From an uncultured Ignavibacterium sp. (GTDB taxonomy: Bacteria; Bacteroidota; Ignavibacteria; Ignavibacteriales; Ignavibacteriaceae), in assembly GCA_937934185.1 (NCBI GenBank), contig CALHAB010000040.1, forward strand, positions 14,174 through 78,173: a stretch of DNA of 64,000 nucleotides. Reading direction: 5' to 3'. A model generated the notes under the pieces. The model was not told where the DNA came from. It did not search any database and saw nothing but the letters and a program-made list of their open reading frames with translations. Both the position numbers and the translations under genes were made by a program. Positions 48,549-60,445 of the stretch are shown here, in pieces. Numbering within the stretch: the first letter of the stretch is position 1; every line of letters begins with the position of its first letter.

Positions 48549-50141
48549 TTATTTAAAGATAAATTCAGAAAGTGGTGGTCTCAGTTCATCATAAAGATTT
48601 TTTAGCTGATCATAAGCGAATCTGTTGCCACGGAATGCAGCTAACCGAAAATACTTTACTGCCAATGCTTTATTTTTTACTGAGCCAATGCCTTTCAGAT
48701 AACAAACTCCTAATGCTGACTGTGAAATAACGGAACCTTTCTCTGCAAAATTAATTAAAGCTGAAACCAAACGCTTACTATTACTATAATCTTCTTCTTT
48801 GAATATTTCACCCACAACGATTCTTATTGTTGCTTCAATACTTCCGAGCTGCTCTGCTTCTTTCCAAATCTGAAAAGCTGCTGTTTCATTTTTTTGCAGG
48901 TAGTCACCAGTGAAATAATTCAATCCCAGTTCAATCATTGCAGGGATATGTTTGAGATTAGCTGCTGATTGAAGGATTCTCAAAGCTTCATTTGTGATTA
49001 TTTCATTGTTATATCCGAATCTTGATAATCCATACCAGACAAACATTGCATCAGCATTTTGATTAGCAATTTCTTTCTGCAAAAGATTATTGAAATTTTG
49101 TTTTTGCGTCAGTTTATACAAAAGAAATGGTGCTCTGAATGATTCATATCTTATTGCTCTGATGTAATATGAAGCTGCAGTAATTATATCCTTGTTGAAA
49201 TAAATCCCTTCTTCATAAAGTTTACCGAGCAATGTTAGAGCTTCTGGTGAGCCGTAATTGCAAAGTTCCATCAAAATTTTTATCTGATCATTTCCGGTAA
49301 TTTCCTGAATTGATTTCGCATCTTTCAATCTCAAAGTATCAAGAATATTTGGAATATCAGTTCTTGAAAGATCGTTTATCAGTTCAATATCCTTAACTTC
49401 GTGCTGTGTAGTATCTTCAAGTGCATCAAAATTTATAAAACTTAGTCCCAGAGATTTTTCGACAGGAGATTGATCAGAAGAATTCAAATCAGATTTTGTG
49501 CTTACATCATCTTTTGAAATAATCTGATCAAAAATTGTTTTCCCTGATTTAATTGAATCAACAAATGAAGGTCTGACTCTGGATGCTAATTCATTCAGAA
49601 CATCTTCATCAACTTGATATCCATTTTCCTTCGCAAGGTTAATGAAGTAAAAAGCTTTTTCCCAATCCCGCGGGACAATCAGATTATCAGTAAATAAAAT
49701 TCCCGTTACATACTGTGCCTGAGGCATTCCTTTATTAGCAGCCATTCTGAAATATCTGAAAGCTTCAAACGGATTCCAGTCAACTCCCCAACCGTTCATC
49801 AACAAAATTCCATAGTTATATGCTGCCGCACTCAGATTTTGGTCTGCGGCTGATTTAATCCATTTAACTGCCTGAGTAGTATCGGCGGCCATTCCTTCTC
49901 CGAGTAATAACCTTATTCCCAGTTCGTGCTGTGCAAGAGCATCACCTGAGTTAGCTTCCTGCAATAATCTGAATTGTTGCAGTAACTGATAAGATAAATC
50001 AGGTCTGTAAAAGTAAGGATTAGTTTTTACAGGTCTGTTCTTCTTAAAAGCCAGACTTTGCGTTGTATCCTGTGAGTAAAGGTTAAAAGAAACCAGCGCT
50101 ATAAGAAATAAGACAACATATTTATTTGTGAAAGCAATCAA
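48549..50141 (-). CDS. Secreted Sel1-like repeat protein
   Basis: Signal peptide; repeated AQxxLG...G...AxxWxxxAA units. Confidence 0.88.
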   Translation of the reverse strand: MIAFTNKYVVLFLIALVSFNLYSQDTTQSLAFKKNRPVKTNPYFYRPDLSYQLLQQFRLLQEANSGDALAQHELGIRLLLGEGMAADTTQAVKWIKSAADQNLSAAAYNYGILLMNGWGVDWNPFEAFRYFRMAANKGMPQAQYVTGILFTDNLIVPRDWEKAFYFINLAKENGYQVDEDVLNELASRVRPSFVDSIKSGKTIFDQIISKDDVSTKSDLNSSDQSPVEKSLGLSFINFDALEDTTQHEVKDIELINDLSRTDIPNILDTLRLKDAKSIQEITGNDQIKILMELCNYGSPEALTLLGKLYEEGIYFNKDIITAASYYIRAIRYESFRAPFLLYKLTQKQNFNNLLQKEIANQNADAMFVWYGLSRFGYNNEIITNEALRILQSAANLKHIPAMIELGLNYFTGDYLQKNETAAFQIWKEAEQLGSIEATIRIVVGEIFKEEDYSNSKRLVSALINFAEKGSVISQSALGVCYLKGIGSVKNKALAVKYFRLAAFRGNRFAYDQLKNLYDELRPPLSEFIFK

Positions 50142-50240
50142 ATTTATTTCAGAGATGACTTAATTTATTTTGTTATTGCCTGCAAATTTATGATTTTTAT
50201 TTTGATTATTTAGTGAAAAATGTAAGTTATTAAAATCATT

Positions 50241-52676
50241 ATGTCGCTCAGCAAAATTAAAATTATAATAATTACCATATCGGTTTTCGTTCTATCAATT
50301 CTAACAATAGAATTTCTAACACCTGATTATCATCCCAATGGTGGATTGAAATTGAAACTGACTAAAAATGAAATCTCAAATATTTCAGAAAGAGTCATTC
50401 AATTATTCAGACCTGAACTTAAGAATAAAAAAAGAAATATATCTCTGGAATCAAACACTCCGATACTTAGGTGGTTAAGAAGCACAAACAGACTTGACTC
50501 AGCAAACAGAAAAATAAGTGAACAGAATTTGTCCTATTATTGGTTGGTAAAAGTTTTGTCAGTTAACGATACGAATGTATTGATTACATCAGACAAGAAT
50601 CAAAATCTTGAAACCACGACGGTACTTCAAATAAAATTTTCTCAGGAAGGTAAACTCATAGGTCTTTCTGAGGTTTTTAATGAAACTAAAATAACGGATT
50701 ATCTTAGTGAAGATTCTGCAAGATCGTTCCTCGAAAATAAAATTTCTTCATTGGTTGATTATATTTCTTTCACAAGTGATTCAGATAAAATTTTCTCAGG
50801 CAGTTATTTGTTTGTTTTAGATAAGATTGAGTTGATCCAAAAGCTAAACCGAAAAGATTATAATTTAACCTGGAAAGGTTATGACGATTCGGATCAGCTA
50901 CTTTATCTTAAAGCCAGCATAGTCGGAGATAGATTCAAATCATTTGATTTTGTTGTCCCTGTACCTGAAGAATATTCAAAATCCGACAATGATATTTATG
51001 AAATAGTAACAACGATGTTTTTGGTGTTATTCGTTTTGGTAATGGTTATTGTTGTTGGACTTAAAAGAATTAAAGCATATGAAATTGGTTATAAAAATGC
51101 TCTCGTATTTGCAATTCTTTACACAATCTTTTTCATCCTGGCACAGTTGCTTGAATTAAGTTTTGACTTTCACTGGAATATAATTATAGGATTAGCGTTC
51201 GCAGGTATTTTTATTTTTCTTGCTTCAGTTGCAATGTGGTCTGTTGGGGAAACCTATTTGAGAGAAATATGGAATGAAAAATTTGCATCAATAGATTTGA
51301 TTCGTCATAAATACTTTAACCACAGCTTAATTGGTAAAAGTATCTCAGTTTCAATATCAGCCGGATTGCTTTTAACTGCTTTATATCTGGTAACTATCAG
51401 ATTTGAGTCGGGATATTTCAACATAAACTTTACTTCAAAAGCTTTTCAGTCTGTACATCATTATGATTCAGATTCTCCGCTGCTTTATTTATTATCAAGC
51501 AGCATCAGTTCGAACCTTTTACTGATTACAGCACTTTTGTTTTTTATTTCCGGTTCAGTCAAAAGATACTTTAATGACAGAGTGGTTTTTATTCCATTAA
51601 ATTCTGTGTTGTTCGGATTATTGATTTATCTTTTCATTGAACCAATCGTTGCAAGCTTATTTGTCAGCTTAGCAATTGGAGTAATTCTTTCAATTATATT
51701 TTATGAGTTCGATTTCTTAACCACAAGTTTATCGTTCATCCTTTTTCATTTTTATCTGCGGGCTTCAGATTTCAGTTTTATCGGAAATGAATCTTTCGAA
51801 TACAATTGGACAGTAACAATTATACTTTCTTCATTTGTTGTTTTGATTGGATTTGTCCTGATTCTTACTAAAGATAAGAATGTTGATCTAAATTTGTTAG
51901 CACCAAAATTTCTCGAGAACATTACTGAACGGCAGAGAATGAAAAAAGAGCTTGAAGTTGCCCGAATTGTTCAGATGAGCTTTCTGCCCAAAAAGGATCC
52001 GGTTCTTAATGGTGTTCAGATTGCTTCAGTTTGTATTCCGGCATTAGAAGTTGGCGGCGATTATTACGATTTCATAAGATTGAGTGAAAATAAATTGGGA
52101 ATTATAATCGGAGATGTTTCAGGAAAGGGAACTCAGGCAGCATTTTATATGACTCTTGCCAAAGGTTTTATAAAAGCAATTGCCAAAGAATCTGATTCGC
52201 CTGCAGAGATTCTTTCAAAGATGAATGAACTTTTTTATGAAAATGTTGAGCGCGGAAGGTTTATAAGTATGATTTATGCAATACTTGATTTGGATAACAG
52301 AATTATAAAAATTGCACGAGCTGGTCATAACCCTGTTTTAATAAATCATAACTCAGGTAAGATAAATCTGATAACTCCCAAAGGTTTGGCTCTTGGACTA
52401 GAGAGAGGAATTATCTTCCGTCAGGTAATCAGTGAAGAAACAATTAAACTTGAAAAAGGGAATACTTTCGTTTTTTATACCGATGGTTTTACAGAAGCAA
52501 TAAACAATAAAGGTGAGGAGTTCGGATTGGAACGAATTCAGGAGATCCTTGAACAGTCTTCTCACGAATCAGCTGAAAAGTTACTTGAATTAGTTTTATC
52601 AGAAATAAGAAAATTTATTGGCAGAGCTCATCAATATGATGATATGACAATGGTAATTGTGAAAGTTAGTTCATAA
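50241..52676 (+). CDS. Membrane-bound PP2C/SpoIIE (RsbU-like) phosphatase
   Basis: Periplasmic domain, about 10 TM helices, then EVGGDYYD, GDVSGKG, RAGH, YTDG and DDMT motifs. Confidence 0.92.
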   Translation: MSLSKIKIIIITISVFVLSILTIEFLTPDYHPNGGLKLKLTKNEISNISERVIQLFRPELKNKKRNISLESNTPILRWLRSTNRLDSANRKISEQNLSYYWLVKVLSVNDTNVLITSDKNQNLETTTVLQIKFSQEGKLIGLSEVFNETKITDYLSEDSARSFLENKISSLVDYISFTSDSDKIFSGSYLFVLDKIELIQKLNRKDYNLTWKGYDDSDQLLYLKASIVGDRFKSFDFVVPVPEEYSKSDNDIYEIVTTMFLVLFVLVMVIVVGLKRIKAYEIGYKNALVFAILYTIFFILAQLLELSFDFHWNIIIGLAFAGIFIFLASVAMWSVGETYLREIWNEKFASIDLIRHKYFNHSLIGKSISVSISAGLLLTALYLVTIRFESGYFNINFTSKAFQSVHHYDSDSPLLYLLSSSISSNLLLITALLFFISGSVKRYFNDRVVFIPLNSVLFGLLIYLFIEPIVASLFVSLAIGVILSIIFYEFDFLTTSLSFILFHFYLRASDFSFIGNESFEYNWTVTIILSSFVVLIGFVLILTKDKNVDLNLLAPKFLENITERQRMKKELEVARIVQMSFLPKKDPVLNGVQIASVCIPALEVGGDYYDFIRLSENKLGIIIGDVSGKGTQAAFYMTLAKGFIKAIAKESDSPAEILSKMNELFYENVERGRFISMIYAILDLDNRIIKIARAGHNPVLINHNSGKINLITPKGLALGLERGIIFRQVISEETIKLEKGNTFVFYTDGFTEAINNKGEEFGLERIQEILEQSSHESAEKLLELVLSEIRKFIGRAHQYDDMTMVIVKVSS

Positions 52677-52691
52677 TAAGTTAACTTTTAA

Positions 52692-54377
<1,686 letters not shown>

Positions 54378-54378
<1 letters not shown>

Positions 54379-55883
54379 TGAGAAAAAATCTTGTCATCTT
54401 CTTTATAATTTTTCTTTCAACATATTTAAACTCTCAAACAGCTGATAAAGTACTTCAATCAGCAATTGGAAAATTTTATAACTTTAATTTTTCAAAAGCC
54501 TCTGCAGAATTAGATTTATTTTCCCGAAAGCATCCTAATGATCACCGAGGATTTTACTATAAGTCTGTAATGAACTTGTGGTTTTTTCTTGGCACTTTAG
54601 ATAATTCTTACAGAGATAGTTTTGAAGTTTATTCTAACAAAGCAGCTTCTATCTTAGAAAAAATTGATGATGAAAAAGAACCTGAGAGAGTTAAAAAATT
54701 ATTCTGGCTTGGAATGATTGATTACAACAATTCAGTAATCTCAGCCCGAAGTAATGATTTTGCAAGTGCATTAGTTTCAACTACAAGTATGAAAAAAAGA
54801 CTTGGTGAAGTAGTAAAACTTAACCCTGATTTTTATGATGCATATCTCGGACTTGGACTTTCGAACTTTGCATTCGCTGAAGTTCCCGCAGCATTAAAAT
54901 GGGCTGCAAATTTAGTTGGGTTTGACTCAGACAAAGAAGTTGGTTTAAGTTATATTCAATTAGCAGCTGAAAAGGGAAATATATTAAAAACTGACGCTCA
55001 ATTTTATCTTTCTCAAATTTATTCCCGAACCATTATTGATTATTCTGAAGCTGAAAAGATTTTATCAAGACTTGTTAAGTCGTATCCAAAGAATCTATTG
55101 TTTAACTATTCTTTCGCCTGGATTAAATACGAACTTAATGATTTGAATGCAGCTGAAAAGCTTCTTCGAAATATTGTTTCATCGAATGATTCTTTATTTC
55201 CTTTCATAATCTCCAACTCACATTTATTGCTTGGCAATTTATTCTTCACTAAAGAGCTCTACGATTCAGCTCTAGTTCATTATAATCTTTTCAGAGATAA
55301 AAGAGTTAACAATGATTATCTTGGTTTCGCTAATCTGAGAACAGGAATTTGTCTGGAGTTAATCGGCAACAGAAAACAAGCACTTAAGTTTTATGAAAAA
55401 TCCGATGAAGGCAGCAAGGATATTGATGAGGATATTTATGCTGAAAAGATAGGAAAAATATTTCTTCAAAAACCAATAAGTGAAGAGTTTAAGACAATTC
55501 AGCAAATAAGAAATTTTATCAAACTTAAAAATTATAAAGAAGCTGAGGAGATTCTGAACCAGATAATATCCAGAAAAGAACCCTCAACTAATCTTAAAGC
55601 CAATGCATATTTATTACTGAGCGAATTAAATTTAATTAAAAAGAAATATGAAGATGCTTATGAATATGCTTTGCTTGCTCAGCAAAATATTGATGAAAAA
55701 GAAAATTCTTTAGCTGCTAATTCATATTATCTTGCTGCAGAAGCTCTTTTTAATCTTAAGCGTAACTCTGAAGCAATAAACTATCTGAATAAGTTAGAAA
55801 ATATTGATGAATTTGACTTCCAGACCGTTTTGAAGAATAAAGCATATACTCTCTTAAGAAAAATCAACAGACAAACTGACTGA
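54378..55883 (+). CDS. Secreted tetratricopeptide repeat protein
   Basis: Signal peptide and TPR-like helical repeats (LNPDFYDAYLGLG); TAATG overlap with pyrG. Confidence 0.8.
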
Positions 55884-55897
55884 AATCATAAAAACAA

Positions 55898-55926
55898 TTG
55901 AAATTGAGCCTAGTGTTGCATAATTT
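55898..55926 (+). promoter_or_regulatory. Putative promoter of purN-purH
   Basis: TTGAAA-17-TAATTT. Confidence 0.5.
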
Positions 55927-55950
55927 TCGCCTCAAATTAAGGTAATTTTT

Positions 55951-56559
55951 GTGTTAAGAATAGCTGTATTTGTATCCGGCAGAGGTTCTAATCTCAAAGC
56001 TATACTGGTTCACCCTGAACTGACAAATCTTATCAAAGTTGTTGCAGTCTTTAGTGATAAAACAGAGTGTGGTGCTTTTGAGATCGCAAAAAGTTTCGGG
56101 ATAGAGACAAAAGTTGTTGGCAAAGGTGAAAATAAAATTGCCCCTGTTGATTTGCTGGATGTGCTAAAAAATTATAATCTGGATTTGATTGTTTTAGCTG
56201 GTTATCTGAAACTGATACCGACGGATGTTGTTGAGTATTTTGAAAATAGAATTATCAATATTCATCCGGCACTTCTTCCATCGTTTGGTGGTAAAGGAAT
56301 GTACGGAATGAATGTTCATAACGCTGTCTTTCATTCCTCTGCAAAGGTCAGTGGTGCAACAGTTCATTTTGTGAATACTGAATATGACAGAGGAAAAATA
56401 ATTGCACAGAAATGTGTTGATATTTCAGATGTAAAGTCTGCTGAAGAAATCGCAGAGCGCGTTTTGAAAATTGAACATCAGCTTCTGCCTGAAGTAATAA
56501 AAGCTTTTGCTCAGGATAAAATAAAAATTGAAGGCAACAGAGTAGTAATAAAATCTTAG
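55951..56559 (+). CDS. purN: Phosphoribosylglycinamide formyltransferase
   Basis: SGRGSNL, LAGYL, INIHPALLP and GATVHFV motifs. Confidence 0.96.
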   Translation: MLRIAVFVSGRGSNLKAILVHPELTNLIKVVAVFSDKTECGAFEIAKSFGIETKVVGKGENKIAPVDLLDVLKNYNLDLIVLAGYLKLIPTDVVEYFENRIINIHPALLPSFGGKGMYGMNVHNAVFHSSAKVSGATVHFVNTEYDRGKIIAQKCVDISDVKSAEEIAERVLKIEHQLLPEVIKAFAQDKIKIEGNRVVIKS

Positions 56560-56569
56560 GTCAACAAAA

Positions 56570-58087
56570 TTGAAAAAATTTGCTCTTATCAGTGTATCAG
56601 ATAAAAGAGGAATCGTAGATTTTACAAAATCATTATTAAAATTTGGTTATGAAATATTAGCTACAGGAAATACTGCCAAATTATTATTACAAAATCAGAT
56701 TCCTGTCAAGGAGGTAAGTGAACTCACTGGTTTCCCTGAAATTTTTGAAGGAAGAGTTAAAACATTACATCCGAAAATTTTCGGCGGAATTCTTTTCAGA
56801 CGAGATAATCCTGATGACAAAATCCAGGCGGAAGAGAATTCAATCGTTCCTATTGACATAGTCTGCGTTAATCTTTATCCATTTGTTCAGACAATACAAA
56901 AAGACAATGTTTCGCTCGATGAAATCATTGAAAACATTGACATTGGCGGACCCAGTTTAGTTCGTGCTGCTGCAAAGAATTATCAGTATGTTTCTATCCT
57001 GACCAGTCCAGATCAATATGAAAAATTTTTATCGGAACTTGAACAAGGAAATATTTCTGACAAAACAAGAAAAGAACTTGCTGTAGCAGCTTTCTCATAT
57101 ACTTCAAACTACGATACTCATATCGCAAATTATCTTGAACATAGATTTGAAATTGAAAAATCGCATATAAGAATAAATGAAAAGCTTAACAGAAATTTAC
57201 GATATGGTGAAAATCCTCATCAGTCAGCAAAAGTTTTTGGTAATTTTGACGAGTACTTTGAAGTTTTTCACGGCAAAGAAATTTCGTATAACAACATATT
57301 AGATTTAGTAGCCGCGGTTGAACTTTGCGAAGAACTTGGTGACAATGCCTGCACCATAATTAAACATAACAATGCAGCCGGAGCAGCGATTGGATCATTC
57401 CCTCTGGATGCATATATGAAAGCTCTTAAATGTGATCCCGTTTCCGCTTTTGGTGGAATAGTCGCCTTTAATAATGAAGTTGATGAGAAAACTGCAGAAA
57501 AGCTGAATGAAATTTTTCTGGAAATAGTTTGTGCACCTTCATTCAGTGAAGATGCATTGAAAATTCTTAAGAAGAAAAAAGACAGACGACTCATTCGTAA
57601 GTTGCAAACTATTAATGCACCGGGATTATCTGTAAGAAGTATTCCGGGCGGACTTCTTGTTCAGGATAAAGATCTTGTCACCTTAAATAAAGAAAGTCTT
57701 CAAATCGTGACAAACAGAAAACCAACAGAAAAGGAGCTTGAGGATTTGACTTTTGCCTGGATTGTTGCTAAACATACAAAGTCAAATGCAATTGTTTTTG
57801 CAAAAGATAAAGCAACACTTGGCGTTGGCGCAGGACAGATGTCAAGAATTGATTCAGCAAAGATTGCGTATATGAAAGCTCAGGAACACGGATTGGATTT
57901 GGCAAATTCTGTTGCAGCATCCGATGCATTTTTCCCGTTTGCAGATGGATTGCTTGAAATTATTAAATGCGGTGCAACTGCTGTTATTCAGCCCGGCGGC
58001 TCTGTAAGAGATCAGGAAGTCATTGACGCCGCAAATCAAAATAATATAACAATGGTATTTACTGGTATCAGACACTTTAAACATTAA
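56570..58087 (+). CDS. purH: Bifunctional AICAR transformylase/IMP cyclohydrolase
   Basis: ALISVSDK, GRVKTLHP, IDIGGP, LRYGENPHQ, SDAFFPF and RHFKH motifs. Confidence 0.98.
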   Translation: MKKFALISVSDKRGIVDFTKSLLKFGYEILATGNTAKLLLQNQIPVKEVSELTGFPEIFEGRVKTLHPKIFGGILFRRDNPDDKIQAEENSIVPIDIVCVNLYPFVQTIQKDNVSLDEIIENIDIGGPSLVRAAAKNYQYVSILTSPDQYEKFLSELEQGNISDKTRKELAVAAFSYTSNYDTHIANYLEHRFEIEKSHIRINEKLNRNLRYGENPHQSAKVFGNFDEYFEVFHGKEISYNNILDLVAAVELCEELGDNACTIIKHNNAAGAAIGSFPLDAYMKALKCDPVSAFGGIVAFNNEVDEKTAEKLNEIFLEIVCAPSFSEDALKILKKKKDRRLIRKLQTINAPGLSVRSIPGGLLVQDKDLVTLNKESLQIVTNRKPTEKELEDLTFAWIVAKHTKSNAIVFAKDKATLGVGAGQMSRIDSAKIAYMKAQEHGLDLANSVAASDAFFPFADGLLEIIKCGATAVIQPGGSVRDQEVIDAANQNNITMVFTGIRHFKH

Positions 58088-58095
58088 GAGGAATT

Positions 58096-59124
58096 ATGGG
58101 AATCTTTGATTTTTTTTCAAATGATATTGCAATTGATTTAGGAACAGCTAATACTCTTATTTATGTAAAGGGTAAAGGAATTGTTCTGAATGAACCATCA
58201 ATCGTAGCATTTGATAAAAATACTAAACGAATTATCGCACTTGGCAACAAAGCCAAAGAAATGCAGGGGAGAGAGCATAAAGAAATAAAAGTTACAAGAC
58301 CAATGCGCGATGGTGTAATAGCTGATTTTGAAATTGCCGAAGGAATGATCAGAGCTTTCATAAAAAAAGTTCGTGGTTCAGGTGCTATGGGCAGCAGAAG
58401 AGTTGTTGTTGCTGTTCCAAGCGGAGTTACTGAAGTTGAAAAAAGAGCAGTAAGAGATTCAGCTGAGCACGCAGGTGCAAAAGAAGTTCATCTTATTGCT
58501 GAACCAATGGCTGCTGCAATCGGAATTGGTATTGATGTGGAAGCTCCTGTCGGAAATATGATAATTGATATTGGCGGCGGCACAACTGAAATAGCAGTAA
58601 TTGCTTTATCAGGAATCGTGAACGAAGAATCAATAAGAATTGCCGGCGATGAAATGAACTATGCAATAATGCAGTTCTTCAAAAAAAATCATAACATATT
58701 GATTGGAGAAAGAACAGCCGAAGCTATTAAATGCGAAGTCGGTTCTGCAGTTCCTTTGAAAGAAGAAATCACAATTCAGGTTAAAGGAAGAGATTTGGTT
58801 GGCGGTGTTCCCAAAACAACTGAAGTAAGTTCTGTTGAAATAAGAGAAGCACTTAATGAAGCAGTAACACAAATTGTTGATGCAGTCAGACAAACATTAG
58901 AAAGAACTCCACCTGAACTTTCAGCAGATATACTTGATCGTGGTGTGATGCTTACAGGTGGCGGCGCATTATTAAAAGGCCTCGATGAAAGAATCAGAAT
59001 GGAAACGAATCTTCCTGTTCATGTGGCAGAAGACCCTCTTACAGCAGTTGCACGAGGTGCTGGTAAAGTTATCGAAAATATGAATCATTATTCGAAAGTT
59101 CTCATTCGTAACAGAAGATATTAA
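58096..59124 (+). CDS. mreB: Rod shape-determining protein MreB
   Basis: IDLGTANT, EPMAAAIG, DIGGGTTE and LTGGGALL motifs. Confidence 0.98.
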   Translation: MGIFDFFSNDIAIDLGTANTLIYVKGKGIVLNEPSIVAFDKNTKRIIALGNKAKEMQGREHKEIKVTRPMRDGVIADFEIAEGMIRAFIKKVRGSGAMGSRRVVVAVPSGVTEVEKRAVRDSAEHAGAKEVHLIAEPMAAAIGIGIDVEAPVGNMIIDIGGGTTEIAVIALSGIVNEESIRIAGDEMNYAIMQFFKKNHNILIGERTAEAIKCEVGSAVPLKEEITIQVKGRDLVGGVPKTTEVSSVEIREALNEAVTQIVDAVRQTLERTPPELSADILDRGVMLTGGGALLKGLDERIRMETNLPVHVAEDPLTAVARGAGKVIENMNHYSKVLIRNRRY

Positions 59125-59960
59125 TGATAAGATTTCTAAATTCGTTTTGGTATAACTTTAAAGAATATATCATTCTCACTGCTCTTGTTATTCTAAGTCT
59201 GTTTATAATCTCACAAAATCACTCTCCGGCTGTTCAAAGAATAAGGGCAATTGCATTCGGAACATTCGCAACTGTAACATCTGTTGTTTCTGATGTTGTT
59301 AACATAAAAAGCTTAAAAAAAGAAAACATACAACTCAGGGAAACTAATGCTAAACTTATGCTTCAGTTAAGTAAACTGAGAGAAGCTGCTATTATAAATG
59401 ACGAACTAAAAGGTCTTCTGTCTCTGAAAGATACTTCTGGATATCCACTAATTCCGGCAAGTGTAGTATCAAAGTCTTTATCGAGAGTTCAGGGCACAAT
59501 TACACTCAATGTCGGCAGTTCAGATTCTGTTAAAGTCGGAATGCCTGTAATTACTGATAAAGGACTTGTTGGAATCATTTATTCAGTTTCAGGTAATTAT
59601 TCAATTGCCAGAACATTACAGAATGTTGATTTGAAAATTACTGTTAAAGATGAAAGAACCAGAGAGAATGGTCTGATGAAATGGAACGGCGAAAATCTGG
59701 TTATCATAAATGTTCCGAAAACTTTTCAAATTAAAAAAGGTGACAGAGTAGTAACCTCTGAGCTAAGTTCACTTGTTCCGTTTCCAATTCCAGTGGGTGT
59801 GGCTGCAGGCAGTAATAATGTTGAAACCGGAATATTTAATGAAATCAAAGTGATACCATTTGTTGATTTCGCGAAAGTTGAAAATGTTTTTATTCTTAAA
59901 ACCGTTGCAAGCAAAGAAATTGATAGTCTCGAATTAAATTTTCTGAAAAAGTTTCAATGA
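59124..59960 (+). CDS. mreC: Rod shape-determining protein MreC
   Basis: TM helix plus coiled coil; GMPVITDKGLVG and GDRVVTS motifs; position after mreB. Confidence 0.93.
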   Translation: MIRFLNSFWYNFKEYIILTALVILSLFIISQNHSPAVQRIRAIAFGTFATVTSVVSDVVNIKSLKKENIQLRETNAKLMLQLSKLREAAIINDELKGLLSLKDTSGYPLIPASVVSKSLSRVQGTITLNVGSSDSVKVGMPVITDKGLVGIIYSVSGNYSIARTLQNVDLKITVKDERTRENGLMKWNGENLVIINVPKTFQIKKGDRVVTSELSSLVPFPIPVGVAAGSNNVETGIFNEIKVIPFVDFAKVENVFILKTVASKEIDSLELNFLKKFQ

Positions 59961-60445
59961 AATTAAACTACATTATATCATTATTAATTTTTATTCCTGT
60001 CTTAATTATTCAAACTACTGTAGTCCCTTTTATATCAATCGGTGAAGTTGTTCCCGACCTGATTTTGATTTTGCTTGTTTATTATTCAATAACTGAAGGT
60101 CAGATTTACGGAACTGTGCTCGGATTTATTTACGGATTTTGTTTCGATCTTGTTACAGGTAGTTTGCTTGGAAGTGCAATGATTGCAAAAACAGTTTCCG
60201 GATTTGTAGCAGGTTATTTCTCATCTGAGAACAAAGTTGATATTTATCTGATGTTTTTCAACTTTGGTCTGATAGTTTTTCTGGCAGCACTTATTGACCA
60301 GATTATTTATTCTTTCTTTTCAGCTTTTGATATTTCATCAAATATATTTTTGATTTTCTTTCAGAATGCTTTTCTACCGGCTTTTTATACTGCTTTGTTA
60401 GGTATGATTATAATAATTTTCGTTCCGAAGAAAAGGATTTTATGA
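59957..60445 (+). CDS. mreD: Rod shape-determining protein MreD
   Basis: Hydrophobic protein with PDLILI and G-CFDL motifs; position in the mre operon. Confidence 0.9.
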   Translation: MKLNYIISLLIFIPVLIIQTTVVPFISIGEVVPDLILILLVYYSITEGQIYGTVLGFIYGFCFDLVTGSLLGSAMIAKTVSGFVAGYFSSENKVDIYLMFFNFGLIVFLAALIDQIIYSFFSAFDISSNIFLIFFQNAFLPAFYTALLGMIIIIFVPKKRIL

